DNA of 63,968 bases, the filler included, from Blastocystis sp. subtype 4 (Eukaryota): NCBI RefSeq assembly GCF_000743755.1. It is 3 parts of 3 records of this genome, joined end to end, with 100 filler letters (N's around TTAATTAATTAA, not from the genome) between each part and the next. Parts side by side here need not be neighbours in the genome. Positions count along the whole stretch, not along the records: positions 23,052 to 45,995 come from NW_014569371.1; 2 more parts are not named here. One strand, written 5' to 3'. Position numbers and translations under genes: made by a program. Under the pieces are notes generated by a model. That model had not been told where the DNA came from, ran no database searches, and saw only the letters and a list, made by a program, of their open reading frames with translations. Of this stretch, positions 27,401 through 40,199 are shown one piece after another; position 1 is the first letter of the stretch; each line of letters starts with the position of its first letter.

Positions 27401-29297
27401 TCAATTCTTTTGAATCACTTCTGCAATACATTCTTCCTTTGATCCGTGAGGATGGAGAATCATCCAATTCCTGATATTATCCATCACTTCTTTCATTCCA
27501 GGACCCTTCTTCACGCCCAATGTATTTAATTCATTCCCCTACAGATCATCACTTCAAGGTACTGTCACATTCACAATAGGAGGAAGTCTCCACAATTCTC
27601 TCATTTCTTTTTCATTTATATATTGAAGAAGATTTTGACATCCATTCAATACATTTTCCTCACTCCCTGGATCATTGATAATCATAACAACTGCGCTCAT
27701 CCTCAGCATGAGTGGCCATAATTCTCGACTCGAAAAGAGCAAGTTTCCAAGAATGATTTGATCCGATGAAGAGAACTTGGGGACATCTTGTATAGAAGCT
27801 TGAAGGAAAGGACGTAATTCATGTTCACGGTGCACAATCCAACATACATTATCAATCACACTGTTCTTCAGCTAATCATCAGAATGATCAAATGTCATCT
27901 TACTTTGAGATTCTCTCGAACAAAGTGCTTAATTAGCGGAGATAATACTGCTTGTTGCATTTCCATATGCTTCTTACATGAAATGGCTAATTGACCACAG
28001 AGGAACGAATAGTTAAAAGGATACAACAAGCAGGCCAAGCGAAGAACAGTGACTTCCCCTTCTTCAACCGATTCCGAGATGGCATGAAGATTGAACTCAT
28101 TCCACACTTTACCATCCAACCTTTCATTTAACATCACATACTGAATTCCATGCAGAACACGCTCTCGAATAAACGAAAAATAGCGATGTCCCATGTTCAT
28201 CAACGGATGCTCCTCTTCAGGTACACGAAAATCTGAATTATCGCAAGAAGAATCAGAAAAGAATGCATTCATATATTTTGCATCCAATGTCGTGTAGCCA
28301 GGAACTGTTTCCTATATATAACTGTTCACTGGTTAGAATATACAACTGGTATGGTAATCAAGAACAACTTTTCACTAAACTCTTCTTGTGTTCGATTCTT
28401 CTGGGTTCGCATGTAGTTTGTACAATCACCTTCCAAATTGAAGATACAATTTAGAATATTCATTTGTTCCAAGAGTTGCATCGCTCGACCAAAATCGCTT
28501 CCTTGTGCCATCTTCAACATTTCGATCCCAATTCGTTCTCGTGACACTTTTCGCGATAAAAACAACTCAATATCTGGATCCTGTGTTGCTTGTAGAATAC
28601 TGTTCTCAACACAACAATTATATCTCGTGGCAAAACGAACTGCTCTTAGAATACGAAGAGGATCCTCACGGAAGGTTTCTAAGGCAGGAAGAGGTGTTCG
28701 AACAATTCGAGCTTGTAAGTCATCAATTCCTCTCATCGTGAAATCTTCCACCATTTGTGTGTTGATGTTGTAGAAGAGACTATTGATAGTTAAATCACGA
28801 CGATAGGCATCCTCTAGAGGAGTACCGATTTCTACTGTAGGAATACGACTGGAGTCTGTATATTCTTCTTTGCGGAGATTCACAAAATCAATACTGCTAT
28901 CTAGAATACGAATTGTTGCAGTCTCCAGATGTTTTGATTTGTCTGGATTTGCCTTGATTTTACCAATATTCGATGTAGAATAGCCCTACAATGAAGATTT
29001 GATTCAAATCCTACCTTTAAGGTCAACCACGCTGGAAGATGTTCCACAAATTCATATCCAGTCATGTTGTCAATGGCTATATCAATATCATGACTGTGCA
29101 TCCCAAGAATCTAGGAATCAGCTTCAATTAAGGAAATCTACTTTGTCACGCACCCATCCTCCTGCAACTCGTAAAGTTGAACCCAAATGGAGTTCTGAAT
29201 TCGCTTCCATAAGAATTGAGAAGAGCCGTTTCTCTTCATCCGTCAAAACAATTCCTATATCCTTCCTGCACACTTTGCTCATGTCAAGATTCTCCAT
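27401..29297 (-). CDS. CCA1: CCA-adding tRNA nucleotidyltransferase (class II)
   Basis: Motifs LRVAGGWVRDK, DIDIA, DFVNLRKEEY, EDAYRRDLTINSLFYN, EDPLRILRAVRF and KVSRERIG. First in-frame ATG at 29297; see findings for the upstream extension. Confidence 0.92.
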
Positions 29298-29454
29298 GAT
29301 TGATGCTGGTACTGAAAACTTCCGAAACGACTTGGTGAAGACTGACAACCCTCTCCAGGCTGCTGAATAAAACTACATATGAAAGGTGGATGGATGAATC
29401 ACATTCCGGAATATAGTGGAAAAATGTCTGATCACAAACAAGCACTAAACGACT

Positions 29455-31060
29455 CTACGCAGTACTAACCAGTTCTTTGAATGAAATGCTAGTGCAGATA
29501 ATCATAACAATAGTCATTCCAATCGTAATCAAAACATCCACAATAATCCATGTCATACTCAAACCCTTTCCAAGATACAGCAAGTGAATGAGTGCAGGAA
29601 GGATGTTGCACACGAGAATTGCCGTTGAACTACCAAGTAAAGTTAAGGAATGCATTCAGACCCAGTCTAAAAGGATATTAAAATTCAAAACAGCTTTAAA
29701 ATCATTGAATAAAAACGCCATAATCGAAATCAAACATACTAGAGTCACTCTGAAGAAAACAGATTTATGATTGAGAATGAACAGCTTTCCTACTCTCACA
29801 GGACCAAATTTTGCTTCTATCACCTCTTCAATAGGAGATAAATATAGAGGGAATGATCCAATACACGTTACCACCATCAACAAACTAATTAGAATATTCG
29901 AGGGAGCATTACTGGGAATGGCCAACAGAATGTTTCCAGGAACACCATTATCTGTCTTATACAGGGCTAAGAAGATCACTCCTATCAGAGAGTAAATCAC
30001 TGCCATCAGCAAGACAGAAAGAGAAATAGTTGTGGTGACTGTGGTTCGATATGTCTTTTTCAAATGCTTCTATTATGATAAGCAAGGAAATATACTTACC
30101 ACTTGTGACAAACACATTAGGGAGAATGCGAGGGAATTGATAAACACTCCCAAATTATTGAGAATACCATTAGGACGAGGGAACCAGAAAGAAGAATCGA
30201 AATTAAAACCATATGTAGCCATTCCATAGATAAACAGAATGATTAATGAAATCACCAAAGCAACTAACCCAAAGGATGAAACTCCTACTAAAAGAGAAGG
30301 ATCTTTGAGAAGACAGAGAATAAGAGCGATAATAGTAATGAATGCTTGGAGAATGGCTCGCTTGAAAGTAGGGTGTGCTGATTTGACGGGAAGTCCATCA
30401 ACAAAGTCAGTCATCACAATCTAGAAGAATTAGAGAGATAAGAAAGAGAAACCATAGTTCCCATTGCCATTCCGAATAATGTAACAATGGTAGCGATATT
30501 AAAAATGATGTAGCCAGCCTTTCCCATAGTCTAGGAGTCAGAAGGAACAACAAACATGAACAATGTAACAGAGACGTGCATAGTCGTTGTTAGTTTGAAT
30601 TCCTTTCTATATGGGATTAGAGAACAACAACAACCATACCACTTCCACTCGTTGCGATTTGTAGTAAATAGTAACAAGATGATATCCTGAAATGATGTAC
30701 AAAATAGCAACGACCAAAAAGAGAACAATTCCAATAATAATTCCCGTCTACACATCATCAACTACCAAAAGAAACAACATTCCACATGCCATAGGGAATA
30801 GCCAGACAACCTGTTCCAGCAATGGATTTCATTAGATTGATTGCTAGCTACGAGATCATTCCATTCTTCCAAAATCATACCTGCTTCCCTGTTAAGGTTC
30901 CTGTATCCTTCTCCTCTTCAGGAATAGGGGAAGGAGTCCACTTGTCACTCTCCACATTCGTTGGTGACTCTTTAGTAATAGGAGAATCATTCCCGCGATC
31001 CATCTTCTCCTTCTCCCCGCCCGTTTCGACAGATTTCATCTCTATTACCAGATCCGACAT
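29455..31060 (-). CDS. amino acid permease (AAAP/Aa_trans family), copy 1
   Basis: NLMKSIAGTGCLAIPYGM, about 11 TM segments, SFPLYLSP; multi-exon, including an AT-AC intron. Confidence 0.85.
29637..29678 (-). other. U12-type AT-AC intron (42 nt)
   Basis: ATATCCTTT...TTCCTTAAC TTTAC. Removal joins VLNF-I-GSSTAILV. Confidence 0.9.
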
Positions 31061-31197
31061 TCTTCTGACAAATGGTACCACCATTACCACTGGAAGAACC
31101 GCGGGAATTGTCTTTATCAATCGCGGTTATTCAGTGGTCACGCGACTCTGCAGAATCTGTGCTTTCAGAAAGGAACTTCAACAAACAGAAAAATAGT

Positions 31198-32860
31198 CTA
31201 CATAAATGTTTTAAGCAGTGATTTGAAAGAGACAACTGTACAAATCACCATAACAACTACGGATACGGCTGTCAGTAACACATCACCTATAATATTCGCC
31301 ATTGTCATTTGCTTTTTCATCAAAATGAGATGAATTAGACATGGAAGAATCGATGCTACAAGAACAGAGGAAGAATTACCAAGTAGCAATAAAGGAATCA
31401 AACACTATCAAATACACAAAGGATATTAAAACCTAAAATATCAGAGAACGAGGGAACCAAAGCTGCCACGATTGAGATCAAGATTATCTCAATCACTCGG
31501 AACAGAATGTATCTCTTATTGGTAATAAAATACTTGTTGGACGTCATCTCTCCCCAATCACCTTCAACGACTTCATGAGCAGGACCCATGTAGAGAGGGA
31601 ATCCACCAATGCAGGTAACAACCATTAAAATACTAACAACAATATTGTAGAAAGAGTTTGATGGAAGAGCATTGAGAATATTACCAGGGACTCCAGCTAC
31701 AAATCAGAAGAACCAAGTGGACGTACTGGGAGAAGAAGCAAACAGAAGGAAAAATACGATTCCTACAACAGCGTATATAATGGCCATCAATACAACAGAG
31801 ACTGCAATTGTATTGGTGATGCGAGAACGATATGCTTTCTTCACATGTTTCTATGAATCAGGAAGTAGGAACAGTAACTAACCAATTGAGAAAGTAAGAA
31901 TAAGGTGAATCCAAGAGAATACACGAGAATTCCAAATTTGTTGAAAAAGTCACTTGTTGAAGTGGGAAAGAGATAAGAAGTATTATAAGAGAATTTTGAT
32001 TTGGTTATTCCGTAGATGAAGAGGAGAACGAAGGAGATGACTAATGCAAATAAACCAAAGGAAGAGATGGTAACCAATAACGAGGGATCCTTCAACAGGC
32101 ACAAAACAATAGCCAGAATTGTGAGAAGAATTTGCATGAGTGTTCGTTTCATTGAATAATTGTCAGTAAGAAAGGGAAGGGAAGAAAGGAAATCCGTCAT
32201 CACAATCTATGGATCAGCTGAATCGATTAATACTACCATAGTTCCAATGGCTGCTCCATACAATGTCATTAACATAGCAAAGTTGAAAATGTAATATCCT
32301 GGTTTCCCCAGAGCCTAGAAGTTACAATGATCATGTAGACATGCAATGTAACAGATACGAGCATAATCATTCTGAGTATGAATAATACCATTCCCGATCT
32401 AGAAGTAATTCACAGAATACAATTTGTACATTCTTTCGTGCACCTAACGTATTCTGAATCGTAATCAGAATGTATGAAGAATAGATGTAAAGGAGTGCAA
32501 CAAGGAAAAATAAAATCAATCCCCAAATAATTCCAACCTATCCTTTTAACATGTCCCATTATAACGAACACTCATAATAGCATTTGGAACTGCCAAAGAA
32601 CCAGTTCCAGCGATTCCCTTCATAATATTGATAGCAAACTACGTTTCAAGCAAGAAAGGATGACAAACCTGAACACTATTCATCGTTCCATCCTGTTCAA
32701 CCTGTTTAACTTCGACATCAACTTTCTTTGGAATCGAAGTTACATCTTGAAGGTTCTTATCTTCGTTGCTTCCTTTTTCGTAGGTTTCCTTCGGGCTATC
32801 ATTTACTACCACTGTTGTCGTCTCATTATTCGAAACTTCTTTCATTTCAACTTCGCTCAT
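31198..32860 (-). CDS. amino acid permease (AAAP/Aa_trans family), copy 2, tandem paralog
   Basis: NIMKGIAGTGSLAVPNAM, LCLLKDPSLLV shared with copy 1, GFPLYMGP; similar intron positions; TGTTTGTT downstream. Confidence 0.85.
31383..31426 (-). other. U12-type AT-AC intron (44 nt)
   Basis: ATATCCTTT...TTCCTTTAT TGCTAC. Removal joins ILGF-I-GNSSSVLV at the same position and phase as in copy 1. Confidence 0.88.
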
Positions 32861-33112
32861 CAGTAACAGGAACTCGTGAAAACTGGAAATGTGACCAATC
32901 AGGGAAAGGGTTCCACGGTTTCTCCTGTTGACGAATCGGTTGAACTCGTTTCTTTATCTTTATTCGTCCTTTCAGAAGTGATGTTTGGCGAAATCGATCC
33001 AGTGAAAGGCGAAGAACGAGCGGTCAACAAGAGTAGCTCCTATAACAACAAGGAATGAAGTATCGCTGATTGAAGAATATGAAATAGGAACATCAAGACA
33101 AGTTAAGATACA

Positions 33113-33504
33113 ATGATTCTTCCGTTTATCCTTCTTCTCTCTGTTGCATTTGCAGCAGCAGAAAACAGGGAATCTTGGTCTCAACAACGAGTTTCAATGG
33201 TGAAAAGGTGTGATTCTCTTAGATTGACAATTACTATCAGAAGTTGTATGACGAATGCGAAACTGTTACTTGCAAGGAGTTTAACCGCTATGAGAATATG
33301 AATTGTATTCATGAGTGTATGTTTTGTTCCTTTCATTTCCCATTAGGTATCTGCAAACAGTGCTACACAAAGATTTATGAAAGGGAACCTGTTAGTACAT
33401 TCGGAAGTATTCATGTGTAGTTGGAGCCAGGGGAAGTGGACTTCCAACGAGAAGACGATTTTATAGTTTGTACCAAGAATTCTATTAGGAATGATCTCAT
33501 TTAG
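33113..33504 (+). CDS. small secreted Cys-rich protein, DUF4787-like
   Basis: Signal peptide; spliced ...ECETVTCKEFNRYENMNCIHECICKQCYTKIYEREPLEPGEVDFQREDDFIVC...*. Confidence 0.65.
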
Positions 33505-33540
33505 CTAGAGTGTATGTTTTGAACACACAAACGCTTTAAG

Positions 33541-36109
33541 TTACATGGTTTGGGATTTTAAATATAAATAAGCGAACTGAGTCTCACTCTCCAAGCGCTC
33601 CAACATCTCCACATTCTGCTGAATCGTAGCCGCATTCTTCACAGCCACCTCAATTAGTTTATCATTCTTAGATCGCTTTACACTAATCCCTTATCCCTTT
33701 CCTCCATTCGTACAATCCCAAATCAATCCCTTCTGGCAAGGTCAAATCCTTTTTAAGCACTGGTACCGTCATTTCAATTTGTTTCTCAATGGCCTTTGCC
33801 AATTTCATCTCATCCATCCAAATACAACAACCCCCTTCACTTGTCAATCTGGTATTGTGACAAGTTCCTCGGCGATTTCGGATCTTATTACAAGTATGAT
33901 ACCACACTTTCTCTTCATGAACACTCACCAGACTGAAACTCAATCCAATTGCATCACTTCGACCCACTCGTCCAATTCGATGAATGTACTGTTCCACACT
34001 ATCAGGTAACGTGAGGTTAATCACGAAGGGTAATTCCTTGATATCGATTCCTCGAGAAGCTACATCAGTACAGATCAAAATTCGAGTTGAACCATTCTTG
34101 AACGACTTCAATCAACACATCATCATCACTCCTACTTCTAAAGCGAATTTGCGACTAGCAGTATCACGCATACCAGCTAACACACAACAGCTATAGGCTC
34201 CTCCCATTCCTAAAGGATGATGAGCACTACAAAAATAAGGCCAATTTCTGACAACTTACTCTACTTTCTGACCATTGCCTTCTTTAATGAAAAACGATTC
34301 TAAATTATCGCAATCCAGATTTGTACGGCAAAAAATCTATTCATAAAAACGAGAAACTGTGGAAACAAGAACACGATCCATGGCAAACTTATCAATGAGC
34401 TGTTTCACCAGGACCAATTTAGCTCGTTTTGTAGCTTCTGAAATATCGTCTTTGTCTGTTAGTTCATGAGGAAGGGGCTTTCTTGGATGAATACCATCAG
34501 TGAAAGGAGAAGGGTTCTGAATGTCACAATCAGGAGAAAGCTCTGGATCGAGGACATCCACAAGACAGAACACTTGTTGGACCTAACGATGATTCCCTCT
34601 TTCTTATCATACTCGATCTGGAACATAATCACGACCCTTCAAATCAACCCAAATTGGATTCAGACAAATTGCATTCGCCAGATTCTGAATGCTGGATGAA
34701 TGCAAAGTTGCCGAGAACAGACATGTTTGGAGACGATATTCACCTGTATGTGTCGCTCTCGCGGGAATTCGACCATAAATCTTCATGAGATTGTCATTCT
34801 TGTCATCTTCCAATAATCTTCCAATGAATCTATAATCATAATCTCATACTTATCAGCTTCATCCAGAATGAAGAACAACAGATTCTCTAAACGCATTCCA
34901 TGTCTGCACATTGCATCATAGAAAATATCTTGCATTAAATCCTTCTATCATTCCTACTTGTCGTACTAACAACAATATGACTCATTTCCAGCATTCTCTT
35001 CTGTTTGACGTAATCAATCTTTTCACCTCCAATTAACAATCCCTTGAAATCAATCATTCAATTTATATACATACAACATGTATTGAGGGATGACTCATGA
35101 AGGATGCAAAATGAGTTAGACATTCATATGTCTGTTCTGCTAACTCTCGTGTTGGTTCCAGAATTAGTGCTAACACACTACGATTAGCGGGTTGTGGTTT
35201 TGTTTTCGGTGCTACTGAGATGGATGAGTATTCGAGAGGAAGTGATTCAAAGGGAGCAGAGAGAGTAACACAAATGCTACTATCTTTTAAACAGACTGTT
35301 GGATAATAATGGAAGGCTGAATTGATGTTTGAAAATGCAATTCCTAAATCAGTACCGTTCTTGGAAAAGGAGATGGTACAAGCATCGAGATCCAAGCAAC
35401 ATCCAATCACATCTCCAGTTGAAAAAGTATCTCCATAATCGGAAAATACATTTCCATTCACTTTCTTTCCAGTTCCTCCATATCCATATCCTGTTGCTGA
35501 AACACCCAAATTCAGTTTATCAGTTAATGTACTCCATCCAACACGACAAATTCCATTCGCATTTCCACAAATACGACACTCGAAGTAATACTTACCACTC
35601 TTGGTAACTCCCATAGATCCACGACATCCTGCCCATTTAGATGTTGAATTCGATACGGTTAAACCATCATTCCTACTTGTGACCAAAAATTACCTAACCT
35701 ACGAAACTTCGATCCCTTCTTCACTATCCAAATAATTCATACAAAGACCCATATCATCTTGAGCTATCCATTACCTCGAATCTCAAAGCAACTACGATGA
35801 GGAGCTTCTAACTGAAGCATCTCCCAAACGATCTGTAGGACAGGAAGTCCAAAAGCCTAGAATTCATACTCGATTTCTTAGTTTTACAGCAGTTTTACCA
35901 GATCCTGTAGGAGCCGCCTAATACGTCATCCATAGATCGAAATCCTACAAGCAGAACATCACCACCTCCTAAAATCAAAGGAATGGCTTCTTCTTGACAA
36001 TCAGTGGGACGCCTAAGAATGACAAGCGAATTCGAATTCACGACTCCCAACCCTCATTCTGGATTGCCTTAATAAGTTCATCACAAAGACCCAGTCTCTG
36101 AAAATCCAT
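33541..36109 (-). CDS. DDX1: DEAD-box RNA helicase DDX1 (SPRY insertion)
   Basis: Q motif PTDCQEEAIPLILGGGDVL, APTGSGKT, SPRY domain, EPTRELAEQT, LDEAD, FSATL, TDVASRGID and HRIGRVGR. Confidence 0.93.
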
Positions 36110-36161
36110 TGTAGGAAAATATGATTAAACGACTCATTCATTAAGTATAAAACAAACATCT

Positions 36162-38186
36162 CTATTGCTTCATACAACTTCCAGGACCTGCAGGAGCCTC
36201 TCTTCCCTGCAAGAACGTGGGCGCAGCAGCAATGCCTCTCCGATTATACTCACAACGAATATAAGGCAACCGAATACGAGCTTGATTCTCATCTAGCAAT
36301 TCAGGTTGAGTCCACATTCTTTCAGCAGCAGCAATGGCTCGCGGCATAATAGTACTCTCAAAATCACTAATATCAACTAGTTTTCATAATTTATTTCAAT
36401 TTTCCTACCCCATTCGCCCCACATACACACTTCTCCTCCATATACCAAATCCCATTGTTCTTTCGGAATATCCTTCAAGCTAAACGTGATTCATTTTCAA
36501 TCATTCAAACAAGTCATTTCCATAATAATACTCCCATGTCTCCCACAACTGAGGAAGATACCAATGTTTGTAATTTGACATAATTGCTCTGAATCCATGC
36601 TTCACAACATCTTTCAATCGTTCTCCATCACCTAACCATATTTGTACAATCATATCTTTAGGAAGGATTGATTGATGATTCGCAAATACTTCTTCCCACA
36701 CAATCGTTTCACGGTTGTATTTCTTCACCAATTCATTCACACGCAGAATGAAGTATCCATATGCATCATTGGCAGTATAATTGTGAGCATCAAGCCACTT
36801 CTTCACATGCTCCACCTCTGTCCAACAACGTGTATCCACTTCATCTCCTCCAATGTGCATAAACTCACTTGGGAATAATCCACTCTCACCAAGGAAATCA
36901 TTCAACATTGCTCCAATTACATCAAAAGTGTGTTCTGATGATGGATCCAAAGGACTCGTACACTCTTTGCTGGGACATAATTCCGGATCTATTGATAATC
37001 GCGGTTATTCGATCCTACCTCCAATACACCACGAAGAAGCATGTCCGGGAACATCCATCTCAGGAACCACATGAACACCTCGAGCCTTAGCATATTCAAC
37101 AATCTCTTCAACATCCCACTACAATGAATGTATATGCATGTTCTTACCGCAGTATATCGTTCTTGAAGCGAGAAAGATCCATCCCACATTGTTGCTACAG
37201 AAGGAATCTGGACAGGGAAGGCTTGATCATCAATCAAATGCCAGTGAAGGACATTCAATTTGACCCAAGACATAGCATCAATGATACGCTTAATAGCACG
37301 GATAGGAAGGAAATGACGAGACGAATCAATCATGAGAGATCGATACTAGTGATGACAAAGACGAGGATAATGTACATGCAAGAAGGGTTTATCAGAAATA
37401 TCGTAAGGAGTGTGCTTAATGACATAAGAAGCAGAATTGAAGTCAAATTGGATCAAAAAGAGAAGAGAATTCAGAGCATGATACACTCCGTAGATGTTAT
37501 TGGCCTTGATTTGAATTGCTGAACCATCCGAAGGTACTACCAGAGAATAGCTCTCATCCTTTGTAGTCTAGAGGAAAACCACCAATACATTCGGTACGAC
37601 AAATTCAACATGTTCTTCAGCAATTTCAATCACAACCTCCTTAATTGCATTCTCTGGAGACGACAAAACATGATGCACAAAAATGGTTGACTTGAATCTG
37701 TATTTATCACAAATCAATACATGTACCTGACAATAGCATTATGCAATTCCTCGCTTTGAATATTCGAACGGAAGCGGAGGTGAATAGAATCGATTGCAAC
37801 AGTATCATTTCCACTTTGATATTGCACGGGCATGGGCCAAAGAAGGATTTCAGGCTCTTCTCCAGTTGGAACATAGACTAGATGTGAAAAGAACCAACTA
37901 AGACTTACTGCTCGAATCTAAATACGTGTCCACACTTGTCTGCAGTTCAAGGTTAGGACAAGCCTTCTTCAACCATCCATGCGTGTTGAATCCGACACAG
38001 CCTTCGGTTTCATCGCAGATCTTCTTTAGCTCCTCAGGCTAGCAAGTAAACAAGATTACTGAATCATACATCTGTCGATTCGACCTTATGGATATCATGA
38101 CCAGAACAATCTTGTTGAGTGAACTTGTTGTAATCTCTTGCGAAAACAATAGAGATAACGAATAGAATGCAAAGAACTCGTTTCAT
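36162..38186 (-). CDS. secreted beta-N-acetylhexosaminidase (GH20)
   Basis: Signal peptide, MIDSSRHFL, KLNVLHWHLIDDQAFP, HIGGDEV, GGEVCMWGEW and PRAIAAAERMW. Confidence 0.92.
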
Positions 38187-38279
38187 GTACTAGAATCTAA
38201 TGTCTAAGTTGTCTTATCGAAACACTATTGAGGGATAGGGATGAAAACCACGGGAATTCATACTAACAAACACAAACAA

Positions 38280-40181
38280 CTAATCACTTATTACAATAAA
38301 CTGACCGAATCTAAACATCAATCCTCATTTCATTTATCACTTCTCCAATACATTGTACTGCCCCCTGATGTGATTCCCAACAAACTTATCGTCCTCAGAA
38401 ACAATCACAGTTCGACCTCTGCGCTCCATCATCGTATCAACTAGAGGAATGAAGGCTTCATTCGCATCTGTGTTTACAACCACAAGAGAAGCAGGTGAAA
38501 GTGTTCCAACACTCTTGAAATACCACTTTCCAGTACTTGCAGGAGCGTAAACACAGATTATCGTAATTGCCGGTTCATGGACGCGCATCACCTTCAATTT
38601 CCATTCTCTACAATGAATATATCCCCAATCAGCGTACTGACACAACGGAGAATCAACATACAGAGTAATGGAATCACACAAATACATTTGAATGGGCCAC
38701 AGTGTTGAAGCAACAAAGAACGAACATGAAGGATCTACCATAAACAAATCCAAATGGGAGTTACGGAATACAATTCCACTTCGAAGAAGAGAAACAAGAA
38801 ATCGTGTTTGATTGGAGAATGGAACGATTTCGTTCGTAATTCGAAGATGACTTGAAGTTATTCCCTCTAAATATGATTCTATCAACATGAATCAACCAAT
38901 CGATTGATGACAGACTTCATCCATTGTAACTACAGGAATCGTTTCAACTCGTTGTAAAGCCTATACATGAATCATTGAGCCAAGTTCAACAGAATTCGTT
39001 AACAGGAAGGGTTTCTCCTTGGAATGATAAATCAATTTCTTCTTTATCACAAAAACTAGTTTACATTCCCAATTCATTTCTACTCAAAGGAGATACATCC
39101 ATCACTTCGATAGAATGCTGAGCTGCAACTGAGAGAATCATTGTTCCACATTCTAATGTAATAGTTCCTTCTGGAAGATATTCTAGAAGGACTGAACGAG
39201 CGGCCTCATTGAATATCATAACATCGAACTGATGTTGAGCAGAATCAATCGATGCCTCTTTGATTCCCTGATAAGGAAAACGTTTGTTCAAAGTGGAAAC
39301 TGTTATGGTGCGAGCAGTAATCAGAATCTAGAATCACAGAATGATCCTGGAACTACTGGTTTGGAGGATTGTGTAATAGTAGATCGGAGGATTGAAAGAA
39401 GATGTGAGAGCAGTTCAGGAGGGATATATGAATTCACATCCAGATAGACAAACAAGCCTCCTGATTGATCTGAATCCTCCTTCGAATTCTTGGCAACTTC
39501 ACCAATACGGGATAGTAGACTCTTCATAAGAATGTACTTATCTGGATTCACTCTACAAAATGACAATAGCTCAACACTTCAACAAGAATGAAATATCTCG
39601 AACGACTTTGGAATGTCCCTTCACAAGGTTCTTGACAACCACACTTTTGGAAAAGAAAAGACGTTGCAAATTCGGTAGGGAGAGAGAACTCATGCATTGC
39701 ATGGATACGTCGGGAGCCTTCGAACCAATGGGATTCATCTATCATCATAGAGATCTTCTAAGCCTACTGGATTCTCAAGAGCGCTGAAGACAATTATAGG
39801 AACATCCAAATCTTTTTTAATCAGTTCCTGTATTGTTGTAGACTCCATTTTTGGATCAAATTCCCATATAAGACTATCAACGCGAGATTGGTAATCTGAC
39901 ACAAACTGGTTTACAATCTGATTATTCTTCTCTCGAACAGACTTCACATCAATCAGATTATCCTTACTGCTCTCATCCGCTTCACCATGGAACGAATTCG
40001 CTATCAGATTTACATATTTATTTCCAGATCCAATGCTGTAGGATTGATCACCACGGATTCTCGTGAAGAACCTATATGCAAAGAAAAAGGCCCCAGCACA
40101 ACCAATCAGTATAAGAATCAAATAACAAGAATAGAATTGTTGACTTGATTCTTGTCGGCGTTTTCGGACGGTTGTGTACAT
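38280..40181 (-). CDS. type II membrane protein of unknown function (glycosyltransferase-like topology), multi-exon
   Basis: Short basic N-terminus, one TM and a long luminal region across ORFs 39735-40181, 39548-39748, 39321-39566, 39061-39291 and 38337-38888. A probable final 30-nt intron extends it to TAG at 38280. Confidence 0.5.
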
Positions 40182-40199
40182 GAATCAAACAAACAAGTA

